Assembly (NCBI GenBank): GCA_051294905.1
Contig: CM119371.1
Coordinates: 41,728,001 to 41,792,000 of the forward strand
Source: Botryllus schlosseri
Taxonomy: Eukaryota
DNA: 64,000 nucleotides
Direction: 5' to 3'
Each line of letters begins with the position of its first letter. Positions within the stretch are counted from its first letter, which is position 1. Of this stretch, positions 11,559 to 26,500 are shown one piece after another. The translations under genes and the position numbers were made by a program. The notes under the pieces were generated by a model. That model saw only the letters and a list, made by a program, of their open reading frames with translations, was not told where the DNA came from and searched no databases.

Positions 11559-14500
11559 ACGATCGGCTGAAGCTCCAGGACCATTTTCAATAACGACCGC
11601 CCGCTTGAACACGTTGAATTAGGGAGAGTAGGATAATTGATTCTGATCAAGCTAGTTTTTCAGGGGGTCAAATCTGGTCTAGCTTTCACGTCTCTGAGAG
11701 TTTGATACGATCGGTTGAAGCTCCAGGACCATTTTCAATAACGACCGCCCGCTTGAACACGTTGAATTAGGGAGAGTAGGATAATTGATTCTGATCAAGC
11801 TAGTTTTTCAGGGGGTCAAATCTGGTCTAGCTTTCACGTCTCTGAGAGTTTGATACGATCGGTTGAAGCTCCAGGACCATTTTCAATAACGACCGCCCGC
11901 TTGAACACGTTGAAATAGGGTATCGGATTATTCATTCTGAATATGCTACTTTTTCAGGTGGTATAATAAATGAACTTGATTTCAATTAAACTTTTGCGCC
12001 TCTTTAAGCGTCGCGTCGACGAAATCCCCCGTCTTTGAGAGTTTAATACGATCGGCTTTAGCTCCAGGACCATTTTCAATAACGACCGCCCGCTTGAACA
12101 CGTTGAAATAGGGTATCGGATTATTCATTCTGAATATGCTACTTTTTTAGGGGGTATAATAAATGAACTTGATTTCAATTAAACTTTTGCGCCTCTTTAA
12201 GCGTCGCGTCGACGAAATCCCCCGTCTTTGAGAGTTTAATACGATCGGCTGAAGCTCCAGGACCATTTTCAATAACGACCGCCCGCTTGAACACGTTGAA
12301 ATAGGGTATCGGATTATTCATTCTGAATATGCTACTTTTTTAGGTGGTATAATAAATGAACTTGATTTCAATTAAACTTTTGCGCCTCTTTAAGCGTCGC
12401 GTCGACGAAATCCCCCGTCTTTGAGAGTTTAATACGATCGGCTTTAGCTCCAGGACCATTTTCAATAACGACCGCCCGCTTGAACACGTTGAATTAGGGA
12501 GAGTAGGATAATTGATTCTGATCAAGCTAGTTTTTCAGGGGGTCAAATCTGGTCTAGCTTTCACGTCTCTGAGAGTTTGATACGATCGGTTGAAGCTCCA
12601 GGACCATTTTCAATAACGACCGCCCGCTTGAACACGTTGAAATAGGGTATCGGATTATTCATTCTGAATATGCTACTTTTTCAGGTGGTATAATAAATGA
12701 ACTTGATTTCAATTAAACTTTTGCGCCTCTTTAAGCGTCGCGTCGACGAAATCCCCCGTCTTTGAGAGTTTAATACGATCGGCTTTAGCTCCAGGACCAT
12801 TTTCAATAACGACCGCCCGCTTGAACACGTTGAAATAGGGTATCGGATTATTCATTCTGAATATGCTACTTTTTTAGGGGGTATAATAAATGAACTTGAT
12901 TTCAATTAAACTTTTGCGCCTCTTTAAGCGTCGCGTCGACGAAATCCCCCGTCTTTGAGAGTTTAATACGATCGGCTGAAGCTCCAGGACCATTTTCAAT
13001 AACGACCGCCCGCTTGAACACGTTGAAATAGGGTATCGGATTATTCATTCTGAATATGCTACTTTTTTAGGGGGTATAATAAATGAACTTGATTTCAATT
13101 AAACTTTTGCGCCTCTTTAAGCGTCGCGTCGACGAAATCCCCCGTCTTTGAGAGTTTAATACGATCGGCTGAAGCTCCAGGACCATTTTCAATAACGACC
13201 ACCCGCTTGAACACGTTGAAATAGGGAGAGTAGGATAATTGATTCTGATCAAGCTAGTTTTTCAGGGGGTCAAATCTGGTCTAGCTTTCACGTCTCTGAG
13301 AGTTTGATACGATCGGTTGAAGCTCCAGGACCATTTTCAATAACGACCGCCCGCTTGAACACGTTGAATTAGGGAGAGTAGGATAATTGATTCTGATCAA
13401 GCTAGTTTTTCAGGGGGTCAAATCTGGTCTAGCTTTCACGTCTCTGAGAGTTTGATACGATCGGTTGAAGCTCCAGGACCATTTTCAATAACGACCGCCC
13501 GCTTGAACACGTTGAAATAGGGTATCGGATTATTCATTCTGAATATGCTACTTTTTTAGGTGGTATAATAAATGAACTTGATTTCAATTAAACTTTTGCG
13601 CCTCTTTAAGCGTCGCGTCGACGAAATCCCCCGTCTTTGAGAGTTTAATACGATCGGCTTTAGCTCCAGGACCATTTTCAATAACGACCGCCCGCTTGAA
13701 CACGTTGAAATAGGGTATCGGATTATTCATTCTGAATATGCTACTTTTTTAGGGGGTATAATAAATGAACTTGATTTCAATTAAACTTTTGCGCCTCTTT
13801 AAGCGTCGCGTCGACGAAATCCCCCGTCTTTGAGAGTTTAATACGATCGGCTGAAGCTCCAGGACCATTTTCAATAACGACCGCCCGCTTGAACACGTTG
13901 AAATAGGGTATCGGATTATTCATTCTGAATATGCTACTTTTTTAGGTGGTATAATAAATGAACTTGATTTCAATTAAACTTTTGCGCCTCTTTAAGCGTC
14001 GCGTCGACGAAATCCCCCGTCTTTGAGAGTTTAATACGATCGGCTTTAGCTCCAGGACCATTTTCAATAACGACCGCCCGCTTGAACACGTTGAAATAGG
14101 GTATCGGATTATTCATTCTGAATATGCTACTTTTTTAGGGGGTATAATAAATGAACTTGATTTCAATTAAACTTTTGCGCCTCTTTAAGCGTCGCGTCGA
14201 CGAAATCCCCCGTCTTTGAGAGTTTAATACGATCGGCTTTAGCTCCAGGACCATTTTCAATAACGACCGCCCGCTTGAACACGTTGAAATAGGGTATCGG
14301 ATTATTCATTCTGAATATGCTACTTTTTTAGGGGGTATAATAAATGAACTTGATTTCAATTAAACTTTTGCGCCTCTTTAAGCGTCGCGTCGACGAAATC
14401 CCCCGTCTTTGAGAGTTTATAACGATCGGCTGAAGCTCCAGGACCATTTTCAATAACGACCGCCCGCTTGAACACGTTGAATTAGGGAGAGTAGGATAAT

Positions 14501-17500
14501 TGATTCTGATCAAGCTAGTTTTTCAGGGGGTCAAATCTGGTCTAGCTTTCACGTCTCTGAGAGTTTGATACGATCGGTTGAAGCTCCAGGACCATTTTCA
14601 ATAACGACCGCCCGCTTGAACACGTTGAAATAGGGTATCGGATTATTCATTCTGAATATGCTACTTTTTCAGGTGGTATAATAAATGAACTTGATTTCAA
14701 TTAAACTTTTGCGCCTCTTTAAGCGTCGCGTCGACGAAATCCCCCGTCTTTGAGAGTTTAATACGATCGGCTGAAGCTCCAGGACCATTTTCAATAACGA
14801 CCGCCCGCTTGAACACGTTGAAATAGGGTATCGGATTATTCATTCTGAATATGCTACTTTTTTAGGGGGTATAATAAATGAACTTGATTTCAATTAAACT
14901 TTTGCGCCTCTTTAAGCGTCGCGTCGACGAAATCCCCCGTCTTTGAGAGTTTAATACGATCGGCTGAAGCTCCAGGACCATTTTCAATAACGACCGCCCG
15001 CTTGAACACGTTGAAATAGGGTATCGGATTATTCATTCTGAATATGCTACTTTTTTAGGTGGTATAATAAATGAACTTGATTTCAATTAAACTTTTGCGC
15101 CTCTTTAAGCGTCGCGTCGACGAAATCCCCCGTCTTTGAGAGTTTAATACGATCGGCTTTAGCTCCAGGACCATTTTCAATAACGACCGCCCGCTTGAAC
15201 ACGTTGAAATAGGGTATCGGATTATTCATTCTGAATATGCTACTTTTTTAGGGGGTATAATAAATGAACTTGATTTCAATTAAACTTTTGCGCCTCTTTA
15301 AGCGTCGCGTCGACGAAATCCCCCGTCTTTGAGAGTTTATAACGATCGGCTGAAGCTCCAGGACCATTTTCAATAACGACCGCCCGCTTGAACACGTTGA
15401 ATTAGGGAGAGTAGGATAATTGATTCTGATCAAGCTAGTTTTTCAGGGGGTCAAATCTGGTCTAGCTTTCAATTGGACTTTTGCGCCTCTTTAAGCGTCG
15501 CGTCGAAGAAATTTCACGTCTCTGAGAGTTTGATACGATCGGCTGAAGCTCCAGGACCATTTTCAATAACGACCGCCCGCTTGAACACGTTGAATTAGGG
15601 AGAGTAGGATAATTGATTCTGATCAAGCTAGTTTTTCAGGGGGTCAAATCTGGTCTAGCTTTCAATTGGACTTTTGCGCCTCTTTAAGCGTCGCGTCGAA
15701 GAAATTTCACGTCTCTGAGAGTTTGATACGATCGGCTGAAGCTCCAGGACCATTTTCAATAACGACCGCCCGCTTGAACACGTTGAATTAGGGAGAGTAG
15801 GATAATTGATTCTGATCAAGCTAGTTTTTCAGGGGGTCAAATCTGGTCTAGCTTTCACGTCTCTGAGAGTTTGATACGATCGGTTGAAGCTCCAGGACCA
15901 TTTTCAATAACGACCGCCCGCTTGAACACGTTGAATTAGGGAGAGTAGGATAATTGATTCTGATCAAGCTAGTTTTTCAGGGGGTCAAATCTGGTCTAGC
16001 TTTCACGTCTCTGAGAGTTTGATACGATCGGTTGAAGCTCCAGGACCATTTTCAATAACGACCGCCCGCTTGAACACGTTGAAATAGGGTATCGGATTAT
16101 TCATTCTGAATATGCTACTTTTTCAGGTGGTATAATAAATGAACTTGATTTCAATTAAACTTTTGCGCCTCTTTAAGCGTCGCGTCGACGAAATCCCCCG
16201 TCTTTGAGAGTTTAATACGATCGGCTTTAGCTCCAGGACCATTTTCAATAACGACCGCCCGCTTGAACACGTTGAAATAGGGTATCGGATTATTCATTCT
16301 GAATATGCTACTTTTTTAGGGGGTATAATAAATGAACTTGATTTCAATTAAACTTTTGCGCCTCTTTAAGCGTCGCGTCGACGAAATCCCCCGTCTTTGA
16401 GAGTTTAATACGATCGGCTGAAGCTCCAGGACCATTTTCAATAACGACCGCCCGCTTGAACACGTTGAAATAGGGTATCGGATTATTCATTCTGAATATG
16501 CTACTTTTTTAGGTGGTATAATAAATGAACTTGATTTCAATTAAACTTTTGCGCCTCTTTAAGCGTCGCGTCGACGAAATCCCCCGTCTTTGAGAGTTTA
16601 ATACGATCGGCTTTAGCTCCAGGACCATTTTCAATAACGACCGCCCGCTTGAACACGTTGAAATAGGGTATCGGATTATTCATTCTGAATATGCTACTTT
16701 TTTAGGGGGTATAATAAATGAACTTGATTTCAATTAAACTTTTGCGCCTCTTTAAGCGTCGCGTCGACGAAATCCCCCGTCTTTGAGAGTTTAATACGAT
16801 CGGCTGAAGCTCCAGGACCATTTTCAATAACGACCGCCCGCTTGAACACGTTGAAATAGGGTATCGGATTATTCATTCTGAATATGCTACTTTTTTAGGG
16901 GGTATAATAAATGAACTTGATTTCAATTAAACTTTTGCGCCTCTTTAAGCGTCGCGTCGACGAAATCCCCCGTCTTTGAGAGTTTAATACGATCGGCTGA
17001 AGCTCCAGGACCATTTTCAATAACGACCACCCGCTTGAACACGTTGAAATAGGGAGAGTAGGATAATTGATTCTGATCAAGCTAGTTTTTCAGGGGGTCA
17101 AATCTGGTCTAGCTTTCACGTCTCTGAGAGTTTGATACGATCGGTTTAAGCTCCAGGACCATTTTCAATAACGACCGCCCGCTTGAACACGTTGAATTAG
17201 GGAGAGTAGGATAATTGATTCTGATCAAGCTAGTTTTTCAGGGGGTCAAATCTGGTCTAGCTTTCACGTCTCTGAGAGTTTGATACGATCGGTTGAAGCT
17301 CCAGGACCATTTTCAATAACGACCGCCCGCTTGAACACGTTGAAATAGGGTATCGGATTATTCATTCTGAATATGCTACTTTTTTAGGTGGTATAATAAA
17401 TGAACTTGATTTCAATTAAACTTTTGCGCCTCTTTAAGCGTCGCGTCGACGAAATCCCCCGTCTTTGAGAGTTTAATACGATCGGCTTTAGCTCCAGGAC

Positions 17501-20500
17501 CATTTTCAATAACGACCGCCCGCTTGAACACGTTGAAATAGGGTATCGGATTATTCATTCTGAATATGCTACTTTTTTAGGGGGTATAATAAATGAACTT
17601 GATTTCAATTAAACTTTTGCGCCTCTTTAAGCGTCGCGTCGACGAAATCCCCCGTCTTTGAGAGTTTAATACGATCGGCTGAAGCTCCAGGACCATTTTC
17701 AATAACGACCGCCCGCTTGAACACGTTGAAATAGGGTATCGGATTATTCATTCTGAATATGCTACTTTTTTAGGTGGTATAATAAATGAACTTGATTTCA
17801 ATTAAACTTTTGCGCCTCTTTAAGCGTCGCGTCGACGAAATCCCCCGTCTTTGAGAGTTTAATACGATCGGCTTTAGCTCCAGGACCATTTTCAATAACG
17901 ACCGCCCGCTTGAACACGTTGAAATAGGGTATCGGATTATTCATTCTGAATATGCTACTTTTTTAGGGGGTATAATAAATGAACTTGATTTCAATTAAAC
18001 TTTTGCGCCTCTTTAAGCGTCGCATCGACGAAATCCCCCGTCTTTGAGAGTTTATAACGATCGGCTGAAGCTCCAGGACCATTTTCAATAACGACCGCCC
18101 GCTTGAACACGTTGAATTAGGGAGAGTAGGATAATTGATTCTGATCAAGCTAGTTTTTCAGGGGGTCAAATCTGGTCTAGCTTTCACGTCTCTGAGAGTT
18201 TGATACGATCGGTTGAAGCTCCAGGACCATTTTCAATAACGACCGCCCGCTTGAACACGTTGAAATAGGGTATCGGATTATTCATTCTGAATATGCTACT
18301 TTTTCAGGTGGTATAATAAATGAACTTGATTTCAATTAAACTTTTGCGCCTCTTTAAGCGTCGCGTCGACGAAATCCCCCGTCTTTGAGAGTTTAATACG
18401 ATCGGCTTTAGCTCCAGGACCATTTTCAATAACGACCGCCCGCTTGAACACGTTGAAATAGGGTATCGGATTATTCATTCTGAATATGCTACTTTTTTAG
18501 GGGGTATAATAAATGAACTTGATTTCAATTAAACTTTTGCGCCTCTTTAAGCGTCGCGTCGACGAAATCCCCCGTCTTTGAGAGTTTATAACGATCGGCT
18601 GAAGCTCCAGGACCATTTTCAATAACGACCGCCCGCTTGAACACGTTGAATTAGGGAGAGTAGGATAATTGATTCTGATCAAGCTAGTTTTTCAGGGGGT
18701 CAAATCTGGTCTAGCTTTCACGTCTCTGAGAGTTTGATACGATCGGTTGAAGCTCCAGGACCATTTTCAATAACGACCGCCCGCTTGAACACGTTGAATT
18801 AGGGAGAGTAGGATAATTGATTCTGATCAAGCTAGTTTTTCAGGGGGTCAAATCTGGTCTAGCTTTCACGTCTCTGAGAGTTTGATACGATCGGTTGAAG
18901 CTCCAGGACCATTTTCAATAACGACCGCCCGCTTGAACACGTTGAAATAGGGTATCGGATTATTCATTCTGAATATGCTACTTTTTCAGGTGGTATAATA
19001 AATGAACTTGATTTCAATTAAACTTTTGCGCCTCTTTAAGCGTCGCGTCGACGAAATCCCCCGTCTTTGAGAGTTTAATACGATCGGCTTTAGCTCCAGG
19101 ACCATTTTCAATAACGACCGCCCGCTTGAACACGTTGAAATAGGGTATCGGATTATTCATTCTGAATATGCTACTTTTTTAGGGGGTATAATAAATGAAC
19201 TTGATTTCAATTAAACTTTTGCGCCTCTTTAAGCGTCGCGTCGACGAAATCCCCCGTCTTTGAGAGTTTAATACGATCGGCTGAAGCTCCAGGACCATTT
19301 TCAATAACGACCGCCCGCTTGAACACGTTGAAATAGGGTATCGGATTATTCATTCTGAATATGCTACTTTTTTAGGTGGTATAATAAATGAACTTGATTT
19401 CAATTAAACTTTTGCGCCTCTTTAAGCGTCGCGTCGACGAAATCCCCCGTCTTTGAGAGTTTAATACGATCGGCTTTAGCTCCAGGACCATTTTCAATAA
19501 CGACCGCCCGCTTGAACACGTTGAAATAGGGTATCGGATTATTCATTCTGAATATGCTACTTTTTTAGGGGGTATAATAAATGAACTTGATTTCAATTAA
19601 ACTTTTGCGCCTCTTTAAGCGTCGCGTCGACGAAATCCCCCGTCTTTGAGAGTTTAATACGATCGGCTGAAGCTCCAGGACCATTTTCAATAACGACCAC
19701 CCGCTTGAACACGTTGAAATAGGGAGAGTAGGATAATTGATTCTGATCAAGCTAGTTTTTCAGGGGGTCAAATCTGGTCTAGCTTTCACGTCTCTGAGAG
19801 TTTGATACGATCGGTTGAAGCTCCAGGACCATTTTCAATAACGACCGCCCGCTTGAACACGTTGAATTAGGGAGAGTAGGATAATTGATTCTGATCAAGC
19901 TAGTTTTTCAGGGGGTCAAATCTGGTCTAGCTTTCACGTCTCTGAGAGTTTGATACGATCGGTTGAAGCTCCAGGACCATTTTCAATAACGACCGCCCGC
20001 TTGAACACGTTGAAATAGGGTATCGGATTATTCATTCTGAATATGCTACTTTTTTAGGTGGTATAATAAATGAACTTGATTTCAATTAAACTTTTGCGCC
20101 TCTTTAAGCGTCGCGTCGACGAAATCCCCCGTCTTTGAGAGTTTAATACGATCGGCTTTAGCTCCAGGACCATTTTCAATAACGACCGCCCGCTTGAACA
20201 CGTTGAAATAGGGTATCGGATTATTCATTCTGAATATGCTACTTTTTTAGGGGGTATAATAAATGAACTTGATTTCAATTAAACTTTTGCGCCTCTTTAA
20301 GCGTCGCGTCGACGAAATCCCCCGTCTTTGAGAGTTTAATACGATCGGCTGAAGCTCCAGGACCATTTTCAATAACGACCGCCCGCTTGAACACGTTGAA
20401 ATAGGGTATCGGATTATTCATTCTGAATATGCTACTTTTTTAGGTGGTATAATAAATGAACTTGATTTCAATTAAACTTTTGCGCCTCTTTAAGCGTCGC

Positions 20501-23500
20501 GTCGACGAAATCCCCCGTCTTTGAGAGTTTAATACGATCGGCTTTAGCTCCAGGACCATTTTCAATAACGACCGCCCGCTTGAACACGTTGAAATAGGGT
20601 ATCGGATTATTCATTCTGAATATGCTACTTTTTTAGGGGGTATAATAAATGAACTTGATTTCAATTAAACTTTTGCGCCTCTTTAAGCGTCGCGTCGACG
20701 AAATCCCCCGTCTTTGAGAGTTTAATACGATCGGCTTTAGCTCCAGGACCATTTTCAATAACGACCGCCCGCTTGAACACGTTGAAATAGGGTATCGGAT
20801 TATTCATTCTGAATATGCTACTTTTTTAGGGGGTATAATAAATGAACTTGATTTCAATTAAACTTTTGCGCCTCTTTAAGCGTCGCGTCGACGAAATCCC
20901 CCGTCTTTGAGAGTTTATAACGATCGGCTGAAGCTCCAGGACCATTTTCAATAACGACCGCCCGCTTGAACACGTTGAATTAGGGAGAGTAGGATAATTG
21001 ATTCTGATCAAGCTAGTTTTTCAGGGGGTCAAATCTGGTCTAGCTTTCACGTCTCTGAGAGTTTGATACGATCGGTTGAAGCTCCAGGACCATTTTCAAT
21101 AACGACCGCCCGCTTGAACACGTTGAAATAGGGTATCGGATTATTCATTCTGAATATGCTACTTTTTCAGGTGGTATAATAAATGAACTTGATTTCAATT
21201 AAACTTTTGCGCCTCTTTAAGCGTCGCGTCGACGAAATCCCCCGTCTTTGAGAGTTTAATACGATCGGCTGAAGCTCCAGGACCATTTTCAATAACGACC
21301 GCCCGCTTGAACACGTTGAAATAGGGTATCGGATTATTCATTCTGAATATGCTACTTTTTTAGGGGGTATAATAAATGAACTTGATTTCAATTAAACTTT
21401 TGCGCCTCTTTAAGCGTCGCGTCGACGAAATCCCCCGTCTTTGAGAGTTTAATACGATCGGCTGAAGCTCCAGGACCATTTTCAATAACGACCGCCCGCT
21501 TGAACACGTTGAAATAGGGTATCGGATTATTCATTCTGAATATGCTACTTTTTTAGGTGGTATAATAAATGAACTTGATTTCAATTAAACTTTTGCGCCT
21601 CTTTAAGCGTCGCGTCGACGAAATCCCCCGTCTTTGAGAGTTTAATACGATCGGCTTTAGCTCCAGGACCATTTTCAATAACGACCGCCCGCTTGAACAC
21701 GTTGAAATAGGGTATCGGATTATTCATTCTGAATATGCTACTTTTTTAGGGGGTATAATAAATGAACTTGATTTCAATTAAACTTTTGCGCCTCTTTAAG
21801 CGTCGCGTCGACGAAATCCCCCGTCTTTGAGAGTTTATAACGATCGGCTGAAGCTCCAGGACCATTTTCAATAACGACCGCCCGCTTGAACACGTTGAAT
21901 TAGGGAGAGTAGGATAATTGATTCTGATCAAGCTAGTTTTTCAGGGGGTCAAATCTGGTCTAGCTTTCAATTGGACTTTTGCGCCTCTTTAAGCGTCGCG
22001 TCGAAGAAATTTCACGTCTCTGAGAGTTTGATACGATCGGCTGAAGCTCCAGGACCATTTTCAATAACGACCGCCCGCTTGAACACGTTGAATTAGGGAG
22101 AGTAGGATAATTGATTCTGATCAAGCTAGTTTTTCAGGGGGTCAAATCTGGTCTAGCTTTCAATTGGACTTTTGCGCCTCTTTAAGCGTCGCGTCGAAGA
22201 AATTTCACGTCTCTGAGAGTTTGATACGATCGGCTGAAGCTCCAGGACCATTTTCAATAACGACCGCCCGCTTGAACACGTTGAATTAGGGAGAGTAGGA
22301 TAATTGATTCTGATCAAGCTAGTTTTTCAGGGGGTCAAATCTGGTCTAGCTTTCACGTCTCTGAGAGTTTGATACGATCGGTTGAAGCTCCAGGACCATT
22401 TTCAATAACGACCGCCCGCTTGAACACGTTGAAATAGGGTATCGGATTATTCATTCTGAATATGCTACTTTTTCAGGTGGTATAATAAATGAACTTGATT
22501 TCAATTAAACTTTTGCGCCTCTTTAAGCGTCGCGTCGACGAAATCCCCCGTCTTTGAGAGTTTAATACGATCGGCTTTAGCTCCAGGACCATTTTCAATA
22601 ACGACCGCCCGCTTGAACACGTTGAAATAGGGTATCGGATTATTCATTCTGAATATGCTACTTTTTTAGGGGGTATAATAAATGAACTTGATTTCAATTA
22701 AACTTTTGCGCCTCTTTAAGCGTCGCGTCGACGAAATCCCCCGTCTTTGAGAGTTTAATACGATCGGCTGAAGCTCCAGGACCATTTTCAATAACGACCG
22801 CCCGCTTGAACACGTTGAAATAGGGTATCGGATTATTCATTCTGAATATGCTACTTTTTTAGGTGGTATAATAAATGAACTTGATTTCAATTAAACTTTT
22901 GCGCCTCTTTAAGCGTCGCGTCGACGAAATCCCCCGTCTTTGAGAGTTTAATACGATCGGCTTTAGCTCCAGGACCATTTTCAATAACGACCGCCCGCTT
23001 GAACACGTTGAAATAGGGTATCGGATTATTCATTCTGAATATGCTACTTTTTTAGGGGGTATAATAAATGAACTTGATTTCAATTAAACTTTTGCGCCTC
23101 TTTAAGCGTCGCGTCGACGAAATCCCCCGTCTTTGAGAGTTTAATACGATCGGCTGAAGCTCCAGGACCATTTTCAATAACGACCGCCCGCTTGAACACG
23201 TTGAAATAGGGTATCGGATTATTCATTCTGAATATGCTACTTTTTTAGGGGGTATAATAAATGAACTTGATTTCAATTAAACTTTTGCGCCTCTTTAAGC
23301 GTCGCGTCGACGAAATCCCCCGTCTTTGAGAGTTTAATACGATCGGCTGAAGCTCCAGGACCATTTTCAATAACGACCACCCGCTTGAACACGTTGAAAT
23401 AGGGAGAGTAGGATAATTGATTCTGATCAAGCTAGTTTTTCAGGGGGTCAAATCTGGTCTAGCTTTCACGTCTCTGAGAGTTTGATACGATCGGTTTAAG

Positions 23501-26500
23501 CTCCAGGACCATTTTCAATAACGACCGCCCGCTTGAACACGTTGAATTAGGGAGAGTAGGATAATTGATTCTGATCAAGCTAGTTTTTCAGGGGGTCAAA
23601 TCTGGTCTAGCTTTCACGTCTCTGAGAGTTTGATACGATCGGTTGAAGCTCCAGGACCATTTTCAATAACGACCGCCCGCTTGAACACGTTGAAATAGGG
23701 TATCGGATTATTCATTCTGAATATGCTACTTTTTTAGGTGGTATAATAAATGAACTTGATTTCAATTAAACTTTTGCGCCTCTTTAAGCGTCGCGTCGAC
23801 GAAATCCCCCGTCTTTGAGAGTTTAATACGATCGGCTTTAGCTCCAGGACCATTTTCAATAACGACCGCCCGCTTGAACACGTTGAAATAGGGTATCGGA
23901 TTATTCATTCTGAATATGCTACTTTTTTAGGGGGTATAATAAATGAACTTGATTTCAATTAAACTTTTGCGCCTCTTTAAGCGTCGCGTCGACGAAATCC
24001 CCCGTCTTTGAGAGTTTAATACGATCGGCTGAAGCTCCAGGACCATTTTCAATAACGACCGCCCGCTTGAACACGTTGAAATAGGGTATCGGATTATTCA
24101 TTCTGAATATGCTACTTTTTTAGGTGGTATAATAAATGAACTTGATTTCAATTAAACTTTTGCGCCTCTTTAAGCGTCGCGTCGACGAAATCCCCCGTCT
24201 TTGAGAGTTTAATACGATCGGCTTTAGCTCCAGGACCATTTTCAATAACGACCGCCCGCTTGAACACGTTGAAATAGGGTATCGGATTATTCATTCTGAA
24301 TATGCTACTTTTTTAGGGGGTATAATAAATGAACTTGATTTCAATTAAACTTTTGCGCCTCTTTAAGCGTCGCATCGACGAAATCCCCCGTCTTTGAGAG
24401 TTTATAACGATCGGCTGAAGCTCCAGGACCATTTTCAATAACGACCGCCCGCTTGAACACGTTGAATTAGGGAGAGTAGGATAATTGATTCTGATCAAGC
24501 TAGTTTTTCAGGGGGTCAAATCTGGTCTAGCTTTCACGTCTCTGAGAGTTTGATACGATCGGTTGAAGCTCCAGGACCATTTTCAATAACGACCGCCCGC
24601 TTGAACACGTTGAAATAGGGTATCGGATTATTCATTCTGAATATGCTACTTTTTCAGGTGGTATAATAAATGAACTTGATTTCAATTAAACTTTTGCGCC
24701 TCTTTAAGCGTCGCGTCGACGAAATCCCCCGTCTTTGAGAGTTTAATACGATCGGCTTTAGCTCCAGGACCATTTTCAATAACGACCGCCCGCTTGAACA
24801 CGTTGAAATAGGGTATCGGATTATTCATTCTGAATATGCTACTTTTTTAGGGGGTATAATAAATGAACTTGATTTCAATTAAACTTTTGCGCCTCTTTAA
24901 GCGTCGCGTCGACGAAATCCCCCGTCTTTGAGAGTTTATAACGATCGGCTGAAGCTCCAGGACCATTTTCAATAACGACCGCCCGCTTGAACACGTTGAA
25001 TTAGGGAGAGTAGGATAATTGATTCTGATCAAGCTAGTTTTTCAGGGGGTCAAATCTGGTCTAGCTTTCACGTCTCTGAGAGTTTGATACGATCGGTTGA
25101 AGCTCCAGGACCATTTTCAATAACGACCGCCCGCTTGAACACGTTGAAATAGGGTATCGGATTATTCATTCTGAATATGCTACTTTTTCAGGTGGTATAA
25201 TAAATGAACTTGATTTCAATTAAACTTTTGCGCCTCTTTAAGCGTCGCGTCGACGAAATCCCCCGTCTTTGAGAGTTTAATACGATCGGCTTTAGCTCCA
25301 GGACCATTTTCAATAACGACCGCCCGCTTGAACACGTTGAAATAGGGTATCGGATTATTCATTCTGAATATGCTACTTTTTTAGGGGGTATAATAAATGA
25401 ACTTGATTTCAATTAAACTTTTGCGCCTCTTTAAGCGTCGCGTCGACGAAATCCCCCGTCTTTGAGAGTTTAATACGATCGGCTGAAGCTCCAGGACCAT
25501 TTTCAATAACGACCGCCCGCTTGAACACGTTGAAATAGGGTATCGGATTATTCATTCTGAATATGCTACTTTTTTAGGTGGTATAATAAATGAACTTGAT
25601 TTCAATTAAACTTTTGCGCCTCTTTAAGCGTCGCGTCGACGAAATCCCCCGTCTTTGAGAGTTTAATACGATCGGCTTTAGCTCCAGGACCATTTTCAAT
25701 AACGACCGCCCGCTTGAACACGTTGAAATAGGGTATCGGATTATTCATTCTGAATATGCTACTTTTTTAGGGGGTATAATAAATGAACTTGATTTCAATT
25801 AAACTTTTGCGCCTCTTTAAGCGTCGCGTCGACGAAATCCCCCGTCTTTGAGAGTTTAATACGATCGGCTGAAGCTCCAGGACCATTTTCAATAACGACC
25901 ACCCGCTTGAACACGTTGAAATAGGGAGAGTAGGATAATTGATTCTGATCAAGCTAGTTTTTCAGGGGGTCAAATCTGGTCTAGCTTTCACGTCTCTGAG
26001 AGTTTGATACGATCGGTTGAAGCTCCAGGACCATTTTCAATAACGACCGCCCGCTTGAACACGTTGAATTAGGGAGAGTAGGATAATTGATTCTGATCAA
26101 GCTAGTTTTTCAGGGGGTCAAATCTGGTCTAGCTTTCACGTCTCTGAGAGTTTGATACGATCGGTTGAAGCTCCAGGACCATTTTCAATAACGACCGCCC
26201 GCTTGAACACGTTGAAATAGGGTATCGGATTATTCATTCTGAATATGCTACTTTTTTAGGTGGTATAATAAATGAACTTGATTTCAATTAAACTTTTGCG
26301 CCTCTTTAAGCGTCGCGTCGACGAAATCCCCCGTCTTTGAGAGTTTAATACGATCGGCTTTAGCTCCAGGACCATTTTCAATAACGACCGCCCGCTTGAA
26401 CACGTTGAAATAGGGTATCGGATTATTCATTCTGAATATGCTACTTTTTTAGGGGGTATAATAAATGAACTTGATTTCAATTAAACTTTTGCGCCTCTTT

